Shown in pieces: positions 1 through 13,304 of a stretch of DNA of 64,000 bases (its first letter is position 1; each line of letters starts with the position of its first letter). Position numbers and translations under genes: made by a program. Below the pieces are notes generated by a model that saw only the letters and a list, made by a program, of their open reading frames with translations, did not search any database and was not told the origin of the DNA. The DNA is taken from the NCBI RefSeq assembly GCF_006345805.1, contig NC_043002.1, positions 70,866,001 through 70,930,000 on the forward strand, in the 5' to 3' direction. The DNA is from Octopus sinensis (lineage: Eukaryota).

Positions 1-349
1 CAGACTTCGTTTTGAGATGCAACAATTACAGTAACTCCGAGGTATTTTGCTGTGCGTTGTTCATGAGCAGAGAGGGCATACAACGGTGGATTAAATATTG
101 GTATCGTCGAGAAGAGAAAATATGGATCATATAATCCACCCCTATTGAACAAGACCGTGAATGCAATGGTATGGTGTGGTGTTGTCTTGTTTCTATTTTT
201 GCAATTGCAACCAGAAGAGGAGTAGAAAATACTCACTGAATACAAGATATAGTTATTCATTTATTCTCAATTGAATTTAGGTATTGAACTTAAATTGCAT
301 CTGATTTGCGGTTTCGTTTTGGATTTTATGTAGCTATATGATTAAGCGT

Positions 350-600
350 GGAGGCGCGTGGCTTAGTGGTTAGGGTGTCAGCATCATGATCGTAAGATTG
401 TGGTTTCGATTCCTGGACCGAGCGACGCATTGTGATCTTAAGCAAAGCGCTTCATTTCACGTTGCTCCAGTCCACTCAGCTGGCAAAAAGGAGTAACGCT
501 GCGATGGAGTGGCGTCCTGTCGAGCTGGGGAACACATACCCCATAGAAACCGGGAAACCGGGACCATGTGCCTGGCTAAGCTTTAAAAGGGCGCATTTAT
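350..600 (+). mobile_element. tRNA-derived SINE (family S4)
   Basis: Pol III A-box TGGCTTAGTGG (359-369) and B-box GGTTTCGATTCC (402-413) in a tRNA-like head, followed by a non-tRNA body and an AT-rich tail. Confidence 0.8.
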
Positions 601-2724
601 TTAATTTTTTTATAAGATTAAATGCATCACTTGTTTTCTAAGGATTGCTAGTGATGTTGCTGTTGTTGATGCAGTTGAGTCGACGTGAACGGTGATGGTG
701 AAGTCGGATGATTAAACGAATCTCTGCAGAGGTATCACGTCTTTGAAATTTTTATCTCGCATGTATTTCCCATTCTTTTAGACAATGGAGTAGGATTTAG
801 AGGAAATATAGCGGCAATTTCTTGTATGTTATGTAGGCAATCAACTGTTGGCACGTCTTAGTAAGATGGACCGTTCTGTCAAGTACGTGCTGAGACGTAT
901 TGGATGAAACCAAAAAAACATTCGAATAAATGATATTAATTACCTTGGGACCAAAGTAGTGTTTATTTCAACAGCGATCGTAAAATTGCTTCGATTCAAA
1001 ATGCATACATACTTACACACATGCACACACACACACGTACGCACACGCGCATGCACACACGCAAACATATATAAAAATGACTAATATATAATATATATGA
1101 TATATTTGTATATAACTATTATATACATATATATATATATATATATGTAAGTAGGTGTACTATGTTATATACAAAGGAACATAAACACAAGCGCATACAT
1201 ACGCAGGCACACAACATGCATAGACGCAAACATATATCCAATATTTACCACCATTAAATGGTACAAATGCGATATGGAAAAACTATTTGAAGTGTAGACA
1301 CTTTAACGGCCGTACTTATAGACGCCGTTTTCCTTATCATTTAACATTCGTAATATTTTTTCATGTATGAGGATAAACAATGGAGCCATATATAGCCATA
1401 TTTATTGATTTCTCGCTGACTGTTTCTTTACGTCTTTCTGTATTTTCTCTCACCGAAAAAAATATATTGCAGTAAGGAAGGAAGAAAAAACGAGACGCAT
1501 TTGCCATATCTAGTTTGAGAAATAACAACATTCAACCATTGCTTTATAATAACCAGAAAATGTGCCCAATGTTTCGGAAAATAGGAAAATGATGAATCAT
1601 TTGAACATAAACCGATACAAAAATAAATAATTTTGTGTTTCTAATGACATTTATCATTGTCTTTTCTTAATTGTTTAGACACTTCAACTGTTTTGTTATT
1701 TTTCACGCTCTAACAATGAAATATAAATAAATATACACGCGAACTAACAAAGACAAAATACAATTAAATACGAAAACTATAGACGCTAAATAGTTTCAAA
1801 TGTCGTTCAAATAATATTAGCAATTCGATGGTTTTTTTGTTTTGTTTACTATTAAGTCTCATTGTTACTGTAGATTTCTCGCAAATTATTCATTACAGCC
1901 CTTTCTTAATATCTTTATCCGAGTCTCTATACAACATAACTCTTTCTAATATAATAATAAACGATATATATCATTCTCGGTGATCTGATGTTATATCGAT
2001 TTATCCCAGAAGTGAATTCGATGAAATTAAATTTATTGGGCGGGTCTGATTTGTCGTACTTCTTTTGAACTTCTCAAATAAAACTGAATGCTTCAGATGG
2101 AAATTAGTGGCTATATAATTTAGGGATATCAGTATAATTGCTGAGATGTATCATTGTCATATGAAACGTCATACTTTCATCTTTTCACAAGAATTCATTT
2201 ACACAAACAGTTCACGTTAACATATGGGTGCAAGTTCGAAAACTATTACCATGAAAGTACTAATGTCCTCTTAGGCGATGTTTCCTTTCAAATATGTTCT
2301 TTTATTTTTTTTATTTTTTGGCAACATATCTAACACAACTCAACATAAGTTACGGTAAAATATCTCCGACTAAATTATAGTAATTGAACCTTTTACCACT
2401 AAAGTGAAATCAATATAATTGCCAGGCTGTATAATTGGTATGTGAAGAGATAACAGTACATTCCTAGTAAAGATAATATCCACTAACATTTAAAATAATA
2501 ATGCTGTTTTTGAGATCGATTCCTATTAAACGTAGTGCTATGCCTACATTTGGATGAGTAGCCATCAACCATCAGATTCCCATACGAATGAGACAGTAAT
2601 CAGATATAACGTCTCGAGAGACAATCCTTTTTCTGTCATAGTACCTTCACAGTAAATTATCAAGAGTATTATCTTACTGAGCTGAGAGAGTGCTTCTAAT
2701 GCCCAGGTAGCTAACGAGGTAAAA

Positions 2725-2935
2725 TAATATATATATATAGTTAATCCAAACAAGAAAGCACAAAAAAAACACAACAGCGTGAGGACGTGGAACAAATATA
2801 GTATTATTGGACGCTCAGGAAAAAAGGAAAGAAGGAGGGTTTAACGTTTCGAGCGGAGCTCTTCGTCGGAAACATAGGAGAAGGAAAGATCCAGAGAAGG
2901 GAAGACAGAGGAAAAAAATCGCCAACGGTATACAC
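2725..2935 (-). mobile_element. ~200 bp hammerhead-bearing interspersed repeat (Penelope-like pLTR-type fragment), copy 1
   Basis: Clearly homologous to 34915-35100 in the opposite orientation; ends in (TA)n; contains GTTT-CCGACGA-AGAGCTCCGCTC-GAAAC-GTT-AAAC on the minus strand. Confidence 0.65.
2839..2873 (-). ncRNA. Minimal variant type I hammerhead ribozyme motif (U4C)
   Basis: Stem I GTTT/AAAC, core CCGACGA (consensus CUGANGA), stem II GAGC/GCTC, GAAA, palindromic AACGTT stem III, putative GUU cleavage triplet. Confidence 0.55.
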
Positions 2936-3033
2936 GGGAGGGAATATCATTCCAAACTTACTGGGAAAAATTCAATTTAGAAATACTAATTCAAATTTCA
3001 CAAAATATATTATATATATATATATATATGTAA

Positions 3034-3433
3034 ACTAGCAGTATCGCCCGGCGTTGCTCGGGTTTGTAAGGGAAATAACTACATAAGCATTTTTAGAGAT
3101 GTAAAGTATAATAGCCATCTCAATATAGTTAACCACAAAGGGGGGGGTTCTTACTGTAGCTTTTTACGTTCTGAGATTTAATAATAAATTTTTAGAGAGT
3201 TACTTCCTTTATATATGCCAAAAATGCATTAAAAATGGGAAAAATTGATGGTAATTTTTTTTTTTAATCGTAGACTCATCGTAGACGCGCGCTAGTACCC
3301 AGAAGGGCTCGATATGAATCACGACTATAAGATACCCGGTTTTGGTTAAACTGCACCGCAAAATGTGGGAGTAGTTAGGAATCTAAATCGTAGGAGACAG
3401 ACAGCACACAACCTCACTTTTATATATAAAGAT
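3034..3433 (+). mobile_element. Non-autonomous Helitron-like (Lep1/HINE-type) element, copy 1
   Basis: Starts ACTAG followed by a GC hairpin (CCCGGCGTTGCTCGGG); ends ACAGACAG..CTCACTTTTATATATAAAGAT; second copy at 26594-26989; no TIR or TSD; sits in TA-rich sites. Confidence 0.6.
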
Positions 3434-5586
3434 TAGAAAAAGAACACCTTTTATCAATTCAATAATGAAAAATTAAGTTATACCGTCTAGAAAATTACAT
3501 ATTATAGAAAGATTAAATATGAGATTAAACATAGAACGATGATTAAGTAGTGTGCAAAATAATAAATAAAACGTATATATTTGGTAGAATAACGACACCT
3601 ATTTCGTGGCTATATTTAAGAAATTATTATAGTAAAAATATTAGTAGTAGTAGTAATAAAATCACTTCAATATAAATATAGCCACTCATCCTTGTAAGTT
3701 TGGATTTTATTCCCTCAAATGATAATTATATATATATATGACTGTATGTATGTGTGTGGCATATGTGTACTTGTGTGTGTGTCTGTGTTTGTGTATCATA
3801 GTGGATGATCTTGATCTTGTGATCACGTTAATTATGAACCGATGAAGGAATTGCCATTTCCACAGAATTTGAGATATGCTGCATTGATGTTTTGTATAAA
3901 ATAAAAGGTGACAAATACAACAGTGTTAACTTGTGTGATACTTTGTTAAGTGCGCTTGTTGATAAACTTTCGTCAGACATTTATGAATCGGCTGCATATA
4001 TACATATGATCTATTAGAACCCCAGAGTCGCAATGCAGGTTTAGCTCTGGGAGAGGCTCTACACACGATTTTTGGCTCACATTTCGAAGGGAAGAACGTA
4101 GAACAGCAAGCTTTCACTGATCTAACGAAATAGGGTGCAGTAATGCGCTACGAAATACCTTGGAAAAATGAGTTCCCACTTAAGCGTGAGGATTTGTTTG
4201 TACAACTGCACACAAGTATAAAGGCCTATTTCAACTCAAATATACCTCTGACACCACCGAGCTTGGCATTAAATAGAGGGATACACCAGTGACAAAATTT
4301 TATTCTATAACAATTTGCAATTACGTGTGCTCATGCGCTACCCGTGGGATAAACTGATTTCCAAGTACCTCTCACTGCCTTCAGTTAACCAAAACTAATT
4401 GAGAAACTTTGTCGAAGCCCAACGGATTGACTATAACAATTTTTACATGGTAGACTTACCCTCCCGTCTTGCTTAACAGCACCTTTTGAGGGCTGCTTCC
4501 CCCGAGTTGCGTCTTCTTTCATCGTTCACAATCCTTCAGGTCAAAGTCACATTAGCATTAGGAGAGATTCATTCTTTTACTTCCATCTTTCTCGGAGAAC
4601 CTCATCAGTTAAGCCATAAAAAACTTGACAAATCCAAGTTTTATTGTTGCTTATATTTAAAAAAACAAACAATCGAAACAATTTATCATGATTATTAGAC
4701 ATTGATATAATGGTATCATTGATAATATCCGGTGTCAAGCAAATTAGAAATCTATTTATTGATCTACCATGAAAGAAACTGAAAACACCTAATTATCATT
4801 GCTGTTCTCTTGTGAACGTTGTGGTATCCGTTAATGCATATAAAAGCCTATAACATACTATTCACCTCTCTGTCGTAATAACAAAATACTGGACAGTCTC
4901 TTAAAAGCAAAATATAGCTATTTTGAAAAGACCACAAAAAATAAAAGAAAACACAAACCAAAAATTTATTTTAAGATGCACACGTTTTAGTACGACTACA
5001 ATGATTTAAAATCACCTAATTAAAATTGGAGGTTCTTAAGCTAATATTTCCACGAAATCATTTAATGATGCTTTTAACGAAATTTTCTTTGAAATTCTCT
5101 CATGAAAGCCCGCTTTTTGTCCCTTAACAATAATTTTGATAAACATTAGTTAGATTGATTTGACAGTCTTACAATATTTAAGTGGTAAATTGTGCTTTTC
5201 GTATGTTTTGAACAATTTCATCGAAGGAATAAATATAAATAGAAGTAAAAAAAAAAAAATTATAAATAACGGACGGAAGCGGTAGAGTGAAAGATAGAAC
5301 TATTGAAGTATGGGCAATGTACGTGGAACTGAAGGGTAAGGAATAGTAAAAGCGATCACCAATGTAGATACAATAACAGACCATCGTAGTAGATACAATA
5401 ACAGACTATCAGAAAGCTAATTTAACAACCACCGAATTACTTCACCGATGTCTACACACACTTGCATAGTTAGGGAGTCAGAAGAACATGTGCATCCATA
5501 TGTTCATTTATTCAGACAAATATATGTGCGTAAATGTGTATGTATTTATGAAAAAAATGTATATAAACCACGACACACGCGCATTC

Positions 5587-5589
<3 letters not shown>

Positions 5590-5619
<30 letters not shown>

Positions 5620-5637
5620 AACATATATATGCATAAG

Positions 5638-5680
<43 letters not shown>

Positions 5681-5771
5681 GCATATAAATATATATATAT
5701 GTATAAATATGTATATATGTATGTATATATATGAGCATACGTAAATATATGTATATATACAGGCATATACA

Positions 5772-5820
<49 letters not shown>

Positions 5821-5847
5821 ATACATGCATACACATACATATAGATT

Positions 5848-5893
<46 letters not shown>

Positions 5894-5895
5894 TG
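5590..5895. repeat. Compound (TA)n/(TACA)n microsatellite
   Basis: Directly visible; source of the YI-repeat pseudo-ORFs. Confidence 0.95.
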
Positions 5896-6387
5896 CATTA
5901 TGTGTGTGTGGCGGATGTAGACACTAACACATATAATGCATGAATACAAAGGCATATACATATGTATGGATGAGAACAATAGCCAAAAGCAGTGATAGCT
6001 GAGAGCAAATCTCTTTCAATCAGATGAATAGACAGCAGTTATTGAATTGAGAACATTAGCCATTCTTTACGATAATATTATGACGTTAAAACAGCCGATT
6101 TTTTGACATTCGGATTGAATATTAATTCGCGTTTATAGTATTTTTGAGAATCTGTCAATAAGAAAATCACCAAATGATTAGTCATGCCTCGTTCTTGAAA
6201 AAATTCTGACTGAATTATCGTCTGTCAGTAATTGCAACGCTATTCTTGCGACACGAAACAACAAATATTTTATGCAAGTGGACAAAATAGCATAAGATTA
6301 CACAAAGTACATACACACATACATACATGCATACATAGATAAATGCATACATATATATGCACATATATACACACACATAGATGAATA

Positions 6388-6450
<63 letters not shown>

Positions 6451-6629
6451 TATATATATAAACACACACAGAAGTACATATATCTGTGTGTATATGCGCA
6501 TGCACCACACACACACACACGCACACAAAGACACAGATATGTATGTATATACGGTTATTGCTATCATTAATAGTAATTGTAATAAGAGAAAACATTTTTC
6601 ATCCCTTTCTTTTTCTTCTTCAACTAATT

Positions 6630-6685
6630 ACTATTATTATTATTGTGTTGTTGTTGTTATTGTTGCTGTCATAATAATAATAATA

Positions 6686-6748
<63 letters not shown>

Positions 6749-6765
6749 TTAATGATATGATAATG

Positions 6766-6821
<56 letters not shown>

Positions 6822-6838
6822 TCTTCTTCTTCTTCTTC

Positions 6839-6875
<37 letters not shown>

Positions 6876-6970
6876 CATCATCATCATCATTATTATTATT
6901 TTATTATTATCACTATTATTATTGTTGTTGCTGTTATTATTACTGTTATTTTTATTATCATTATTATTAT
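6630..6970. repeat. Compound (TAA)n-(TTC)n-(TTA)n microsatellite
   Basis: (TAA)n at about 6671-6820, (TTC)n at about 6821-6840, then (TTA/TCA/TTG)n to 6970, where it abuts the LINE 3' end. Confidence 0.95.
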
Positions 6971-8641
6971 TTTTTTTTCTTCTTCTTTCAAATTTGCTTC
7001 CATTTCTTGCCGAGCGTCTTCCCGACTCCTAGGGCAAAGAAACTCATAGTATACATTGGTAGGCCATTAAACCAAACTCAATAGTTCGTTCATTTTTTTT
7101 TCTTTTTTTTTAAGGTTAAATTAAAATACATGGGCAGTAACAGCTCTCACAGCGACAATGCTCTTCTCAATACGTGTGATGTACCAGTTAAGACAATCTT
7201 TTGCACTTCTTGCAGGGATGGTAAGCCAGGGATCATTCTCATATAATTTTCGGTTCCCTTCTTGATCATTCCTAGTGCTCCTACGATCACTGGTATTGTA
7301 ACCGCCTTGAGATGCCACATTTGCTCAATTTCAATGAGTAGGTCTTTATATTTTCTGAGCTTGTCAAACTCTTTCGCTGAGATATTATGATCACAGGGGA
7401 TGCTCATGTCGATCAATAAGCAAACTTTATTGTTTTTGTCTTTCACAACAATATCTGGTTTATTGGCTTTGATGGTTCGGTCTGTATGTACTGGAAAATC
7501 CCACAGAATCGTTACATTTTCTCCTTCAGTTACAGATTCAGGGTGGTGATTATACCACTTGTCGGCAGTTTTGATATTGTAATGCCGACTTATTAGCCAG
7601 TGTAGATATTGGCCAACTCTGTCATGTCTTAATTTATACTCCACTGGTGCTAAGACTTTACATCCAGAGATTAGGTGGTCCACTGTTTCAATCATGTCGT
7701 TGCAGAATCGGCATTTTGGGTCTGCTCCATTTTTCATTACATTGGCCTGGTAGTTCCGGGTTAATAGGCTTTGATCTTGAGCAGCCAGGATGAAACCTTC
7801 GCTCTCTGCTTTTAGCCCTGAGCTCCGTAGCCACTGATGGGTTTGCTTCTGGTCAACATCAGCTTGTTTGCTACGGGCCACATATTTGCCGTGCAGAGGT
7901 TTCTCCTCCCACCTATCAGCCAATTGCTCGTGCGCTTTTTTCGTTGCCATTATTTTCACCTTCTTTGCAACAATAGTTGCCGGGTTGTTCAGTTTGGGTA
8001 TCCTGTACGAGATCAATAGCAATTTTTTTGCTTTCCTTTATGATAGAATGAAGCTTTTTTCGCCTCTCGTGATTTTCCACGAGCTTTAGCATCCAGTGAT
8101 TCGTTATTTCAAGATATTTGGCCAGTCCAATTGTGATTGTTTTGTAAGCTAGATCAAATTGGATCAGGCCTCGACCTCCTTGAGCTCTGGGAAGGTAAAG
8201 GCGATCTACGTCTGCCTTTGGGTGGTGCATCCTATTACAACTCAGCAGCTTGCGTATTTTTCTATCTATATTCTTTACTTCACTCATATTCCAGTTCAAC
8301 ACATTGTAGCTATAAGTAACAACTGGAACTGCTAAGGAATTTATAGCTAACACCTTGTTACGTGCATTTAGTTCAGATTTCAGGACTGCACGAACTCTCC
8401 TATAACATTCCTTCCTGATCTTCTCTTTCATGCTTGCATGCTGAATACCAGAGCCTTCATTTATCCCTAAATATTAGTATGTTTGTTCTTGCTCAATCTC
8501 TCTTATGATTGTGCCAATATCTAACACGACTGAATTTGTGGTCTTCACTTTCCCTTTCTGGAAAGTGGCCTTGGCACACTTCTCAAGCCCAAACTCCATC
8601 CCGATGTCATCGCTGAATGCTTTCACAGTGCGCAATAGGCC
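6970..8641 (-). mobile_element. 5'-truncated R4/Dong-clade non-LTR retrotransposon, family A (late RT, thumb, CCHC, RLE, 3'UTR)
   Basis: Minus-strand translation gives FSDDIGMEFGLEKC..TY*YLG (late RT motifs), NKVLAINSLAVPVVTYS, RLYLPRAQGGRGL, KPLHGKY, CRFCx8Hx4C and KPDIVV..LLIDMSIP..KY (PD-(D/E)xK). It has one stop, a frameshift near 8020, and (TAA)n on both sides on the sense strand. Confidence 0.92.
7147..8640 (-). pseudogene. Disrupted C-terminal part of the R4/Dong RT-RLE ORF
   Basis: ORF-track segments 7916..8431 and 7147..8022 join through a frameshift; upstream RT homology continues to about 8640 with one in-frame TAA. Confidence 0.88.
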
Positions 8642-8699
<58 letters not shown>

Positions 8700-8700
8700 T
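8642..8700. repeat. (TTA)n microsatellite at the 5' junction of the LINE
   Basis: Directly visible. Confidence 0.95.
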
Positions 8701-9707
8701 ACTTAGCCAATGTCGAATTTGCTTCCATCCCTACGGTGACGATGAAATACGTATAAGTTGAACACTGGCTAGAACACATCTGTGTAAATAGTATATACAC
8801 AAACACGTAGACACACATGCACACACACGCGCATATACACACATATACACAGAGAGATTTATATATAGTCTACTATGAGGTGGCTCTGCCCACCAGGGGG
8901 AAAGAGCGTGCGTACGAAACGAAATCGCATATATAAGCGATAGGTGCAATGACGCAACGTAAATCGGCCGAACAGGGGCTATCCACCATGTTTCGCCAAA
9001 CGACAACAAATCACATAATCCCAAGTCTGAAGCGTGCTTCCTAAAACTATCTTACTTCAACGAGAGAACCATTACATCAATCCAGCGTGTTATCTACTAG
9101 AAGGGACTTAATATACAGATAGTACACTTTTTCTAATTGCCACATTGACATCCTTAAAATTTACTCTTTGGACTACGTGGCACATGAAGTATTATGCAGG
9201 AAATGTGGTACGCCCTACTTTGAATCCACTACAAGAAAACTGCTGATTCACACCAGAGAATACGGCACATAGAACACCTGCAGAATTGTCAGATCCAGGA
9301 AATGGTCGTGTGCATGGGGAACATTTAATGTGATAGGGGCAGCTGTAAAATTAAGCATGCCCTTCTTCTTATTATGCTGAAGTTAGCCCTAAGCAATTGA
9401 AACCTTCTCCAGGCACAGAATGGCTGTTGTAATAACACCAGTCTACGTGAGTCTTTATCTGAGCATGACTTATTCCACTCCTCATTTTTCCACGTATCCC
9501 GAAAAAAAGATCATAGCGCCTAAATATTACAACACAAGGTAAAACTTCAACTAGTTTTACTTTTCTTTTTGTAGTTCACTGTTATCCAAAATGTTTTTTA
9601 TCCATCTATCTATCTTTATATGTATCTTTCTATCTATACATACATGCGTATGTACGTACGTACATATATACATACCTACATACATACATACAAAAATGTA
9701 TGTACGC

Positions 9708-10057
<350 letters not shown>

Positions 10058-10058
<1 letters not shown>

Positions 10059-10856
10059 ATTAATAAATTTTAGGGTAGCAAAAAATTCTAGAAAAATTCT
10101 CCGCTACCAGCGGTCAAGTTAGAGGAAAAGATAGTCAATAGACTATATAATATACATTCAAATATATAAGGAATGGCCATAATAGGACATTCGACTCACT
10201 AGAAAGAGCAGTTAAACTCCAAACCACTAATAGAGAAATAAAAACGTTCACCCTCTCCTTTCTGGACAATGCATAGTTTCAGCAATCTTTAGTAAATATA
10301 TTTAATTTATTTACAACTGGCGTGCCTCTTCAGCAGAAAACCAAGGACTACCATATCGTCACGAAGTGATAATAACCATGCGACGAGTCTATATGCTATA
10401 ACTTTTCAAAATCCACCACACTCGCGCGGTTTTCTCAGCAGCAAATATAAACTGCCGATTTAAATTCAAAATTAGCGAAAAAATCATTAATTATTAAATT
10501 TTAGGGTAGCAAAAAACTCTAGAAAAATTTTCCGCTACCAGCGGTCAAGTGAGAAAGAAAAGATATTCAATAGACTATATAATATACGTTCAAATATATA
10601 AGGAATGGCCATAATAGCATATAGAATCGTAGTATGGTTATTATCACTTCGTAGCATGGTTATATCACAGAAACACCTGTAAGATTTTGAATTTCTTCCT
10701 ATAGTAATATTGTCTATGACTTTAGATGTTTCCGCTGCATCGGAATTCTGTAAAGGCTCCATAACTATCGTCTTAGAGCCGCCCCTGTAATCCGTTACAG
10801 CACTCACCTAGCGTACCTAATCGTTTAGATCACCTGTGAACTAAACCCCCATAGTT

Positions 10857-10860
<4 letters not shown>
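10058..10860 (-). mobile_element. Penelope-like/retrozyme-like non-coding element with partial tandem direct repeat, inverted repeat and hammerhead
   Basis: ~125 bp direct repeat (10064-10184 and 10495-10618, period 431); ~39 bp inverted repeat (10361-10399 and 10614-10652); hammerhead at 10259-10339; (TA)n on both sides. Confidence 0.6.
10259..10339 (-). ncRNA. Canonical type I hammerhead ribozyme
   Basis: Minus strand reads TTTCTG CTGAAGA GGCA[38 nt with GTAAATA/TATTTAC hairpin]TGCT GAAAC TATGCATT GTC CAGAAA: 6-bp stem I, perfect CUGANGA and GAAA core, GUC cleavage triplet. Confidence 0.8.
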
Positions 10861-10905
<45 letters not shown>

Positions 10906-10909
10906 CCTA

Positions 10910-11222
10910 GTCTAGTAGCCTGGTCCGTGACCGATCAGGCTATCAGATGTTGCTACACATCGCTGGTCACAAGGCGCTTTGCACTGTTTTAGCCTTCAAA
11001 TGTCGCCACCCCGCTGGCTAAGCGTACAGGCCAACAAAAGACAGACTGAGAGAAAGTTGTGGCGAAAGCGTACAGTAGGGATCGCCACCAGCCCCTGCCG
11101 GAGCCTCATGGAGCTTTTAGGTGTTTTCGTTCAATAAACACTCACAACGCCCGGTCTAGGAATCGAAACCGCGATCCTACAACCGCGCGTCCGCTGCCCT
11201 AACCACTGTGCCATTGCACTCC
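10910..11222 (-). mobile_element. tRNA-derived SINE (family S3)
   Basis: Minus strand: TGGCACAGTGGTTAGGG A-box and GGTTTCGATTCC B-box; head and body shared with 48925-49253. Confidence 0.8.
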
Positions 11223-11284
11223 CCACACATATATGTTTGTGTCTGTGTCTGTGTCTACATTCATAGATTTATCTTTTTTTTCTT

Positions 11285-11658
11285 TTGCTTGTCTTACTGA
11301 TTAGATTGCACCATACTTTGGTATTGTCTTGAAGAACTTTAGTCGAATGAATTAATCACACTACTTATATTCTGTTAAGCCTCGTACTTATCTTTTTGCC
11401 GAACCGTTGTTATGGGGACGTAAACAGACCAACACAGGTGATGGCGGGGAACAAACACAAACACAAAAGCACCCAAACCTCAAACCTACATATATTCGCC
11501 AGGTTTCTTTCTGTTTTTGTCTACCAAATTCACTTATAATAATTTCATCGACCGAGGCTATAGTACAAGACGCTTGCCCTAAATGCCACACAGTGGGATT
11601 GAAGTTAAAATCATGTGCTCGGGAAGCAAACTTCGTACCACGCAGCTACGCCTGCGCC
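11285..11658 (-). mobile_element. tRNA-derived SINE (family S1), diverged
   Basis: Homologous to 19685-20062, 29441-29826, 32951-33108 and 56470-56758. Confidence 0.75.
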
Positions 11659-13304
11659 ACTTCACATAGTCACGCCAGCGCCTCTTCACATAGCCATGCC
11701 CATCCTCGCAACTAGGACTTCCACACCGTTTGTTTTTACAAATTCACTCACAGCTTATCTGCTGATCTCAGGGCTCTTGTACAAGTGACGTGCCCAAGGT
11801 GATGCCGAGTACGACTGTACCGGAAACCATTTCGCTACGATGCGAGCTTGTATTGTAGCGTCATGTGCATAGTTTAATAAGGATATATTATATTCTTGAA
11901 AGAAAATAACTTCGTAAAGTAATATATTAGATGAATCATCATATTTGTGGATTTAATAGTGAATGTAAAGATAAAAAATTAAAGAACATAAGTTGAATCT
12001 CATGTTATGATGTAGGCAATAAGCCAAAAAAAAAAAAAAAGAAAACAAAAGTAAAAGAAACGTATCTCAAACCAATATACGAGCTAGGGATAAAATGAAA
12101 TCAGTTTCAAAATCAGTAAAAACGTAGTTCAATAACTAAAGCCGGTAAATATACAAAGTAAGCAAAAGTATATATTTGCGGTTTGTTCGAGTCTCATCGT
12201 AAATCACTATATTTACTTTCGTTCGTCTCCCAAACTAATGCCATTTGTGACGATCGATGGTATTTTCGTATATTTACTTTAAAAAACGTACATGCTTGTA
12301 AAAACAGCCATCATGTATAATCACATACATGAGTATATGAATGTATATTGAAATCTTGTAGTAAAATAATAGCGTACCACGCTTACAATATCTGAATCAT
12401 TCGAAAAAAGTGAATAGGCTAAATTTGACTTTTTATGGTAGAACGCAGCTGTATTAGTAACAATGTTTAGTGAACCATTTGTTCAAAAAATCAAGTCATA
12501 CAGTTTAAACTAGAATTTTTCAGCGATCAATAAAACTAAACTGCTAAAATCAATATTTATCACAAGATTCATAAAATAGTCGGTTTTAAATCAATCCTTA
12601 TTTTGAATAGTTCAATTGAAAAGCCAAGTTCATTTACAGATATTTTCTAGCAGTGACGAATACGTTATTGAAAATAGCTAGATATTTAAAGAATGATTTT
12701 AAAGAATAGCTTGTTTTTGACATAGTGACCGATGATAACCACAAACATTGCCCTTTGCCACCTGCAATGTTTTGTAAAGGAAAAGTATCTGAATACGGTC
12801 GTTCCACTTGCTAGAGAGAGCAGCCAAACTGACCTAAAATTACACACTTCTCTTGTTAAACTATGCCACTCAGGACTGATTTAGAAATAAAATGAAAGCT
12901 GGGATGCGGCCATAAGTCGGCACACCCAGGACGGCCTGACACAAAGGAACATACGAGCACATGTAAGATGATACTAATATCGTTAAAAGCATATGAGGCA
13001 ATGTAGCTTTAGGAATGAGTGGAGAATTTCATAAATATGGCTTGCTTAAAAAGAAAAAAAACAAAAGTAAAACGGCATCCAATTGCAGTTCCTTGTGTGC
13101 TCTGTTATAATACTATTATGTTACTCGTGTTATAATTTGAAATTAGCCAATGGTATATGACTAAGTAAATGAGCCTTCAGCACAATTGTGAAACACAGCA
13201 GCAGTAAAGAAACGATGAAAAATGTGGAAAATACCTGTAATTTCTGATGATTCTATGTTTTCCTCATGATTCCTATATTCTTAGAAACCTTATGTATATG
13301 GTAT

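Noticed and set aside
3990-4290. Semi-open plus frame (YDLLEPQSRNAGLALGEALH..*GAVMRYEIPW..)
   Set aside because: It has an internal stop and no recognised family or supported exon boundaries.
4585-4615. CTGATGA-GG..CC-GAGAAA (minus) as a hammerhead
   Set aside because: An extra GA precedes GAAA and there is no stem I or cleavage-triplet pairing.
5364-5406. 18-bp direct repeat GTAGATACAATAACAGAC x2
   Set aside because: A simple local slippage duplication with no further structure.
8870-9030. CpG-richer patch with TATATAAG and TGACGCAA as a promoter
   Set aside because: These short motifs are expected by chance and no downstream gene is identified.
10535-10807. 90-aa minus ORF as a Penelope GIY-YIG or RT fragment
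   Set aside because: No GIY-YIG or RT motifs are recognisable, and it runs through the repeated non-coding segments.
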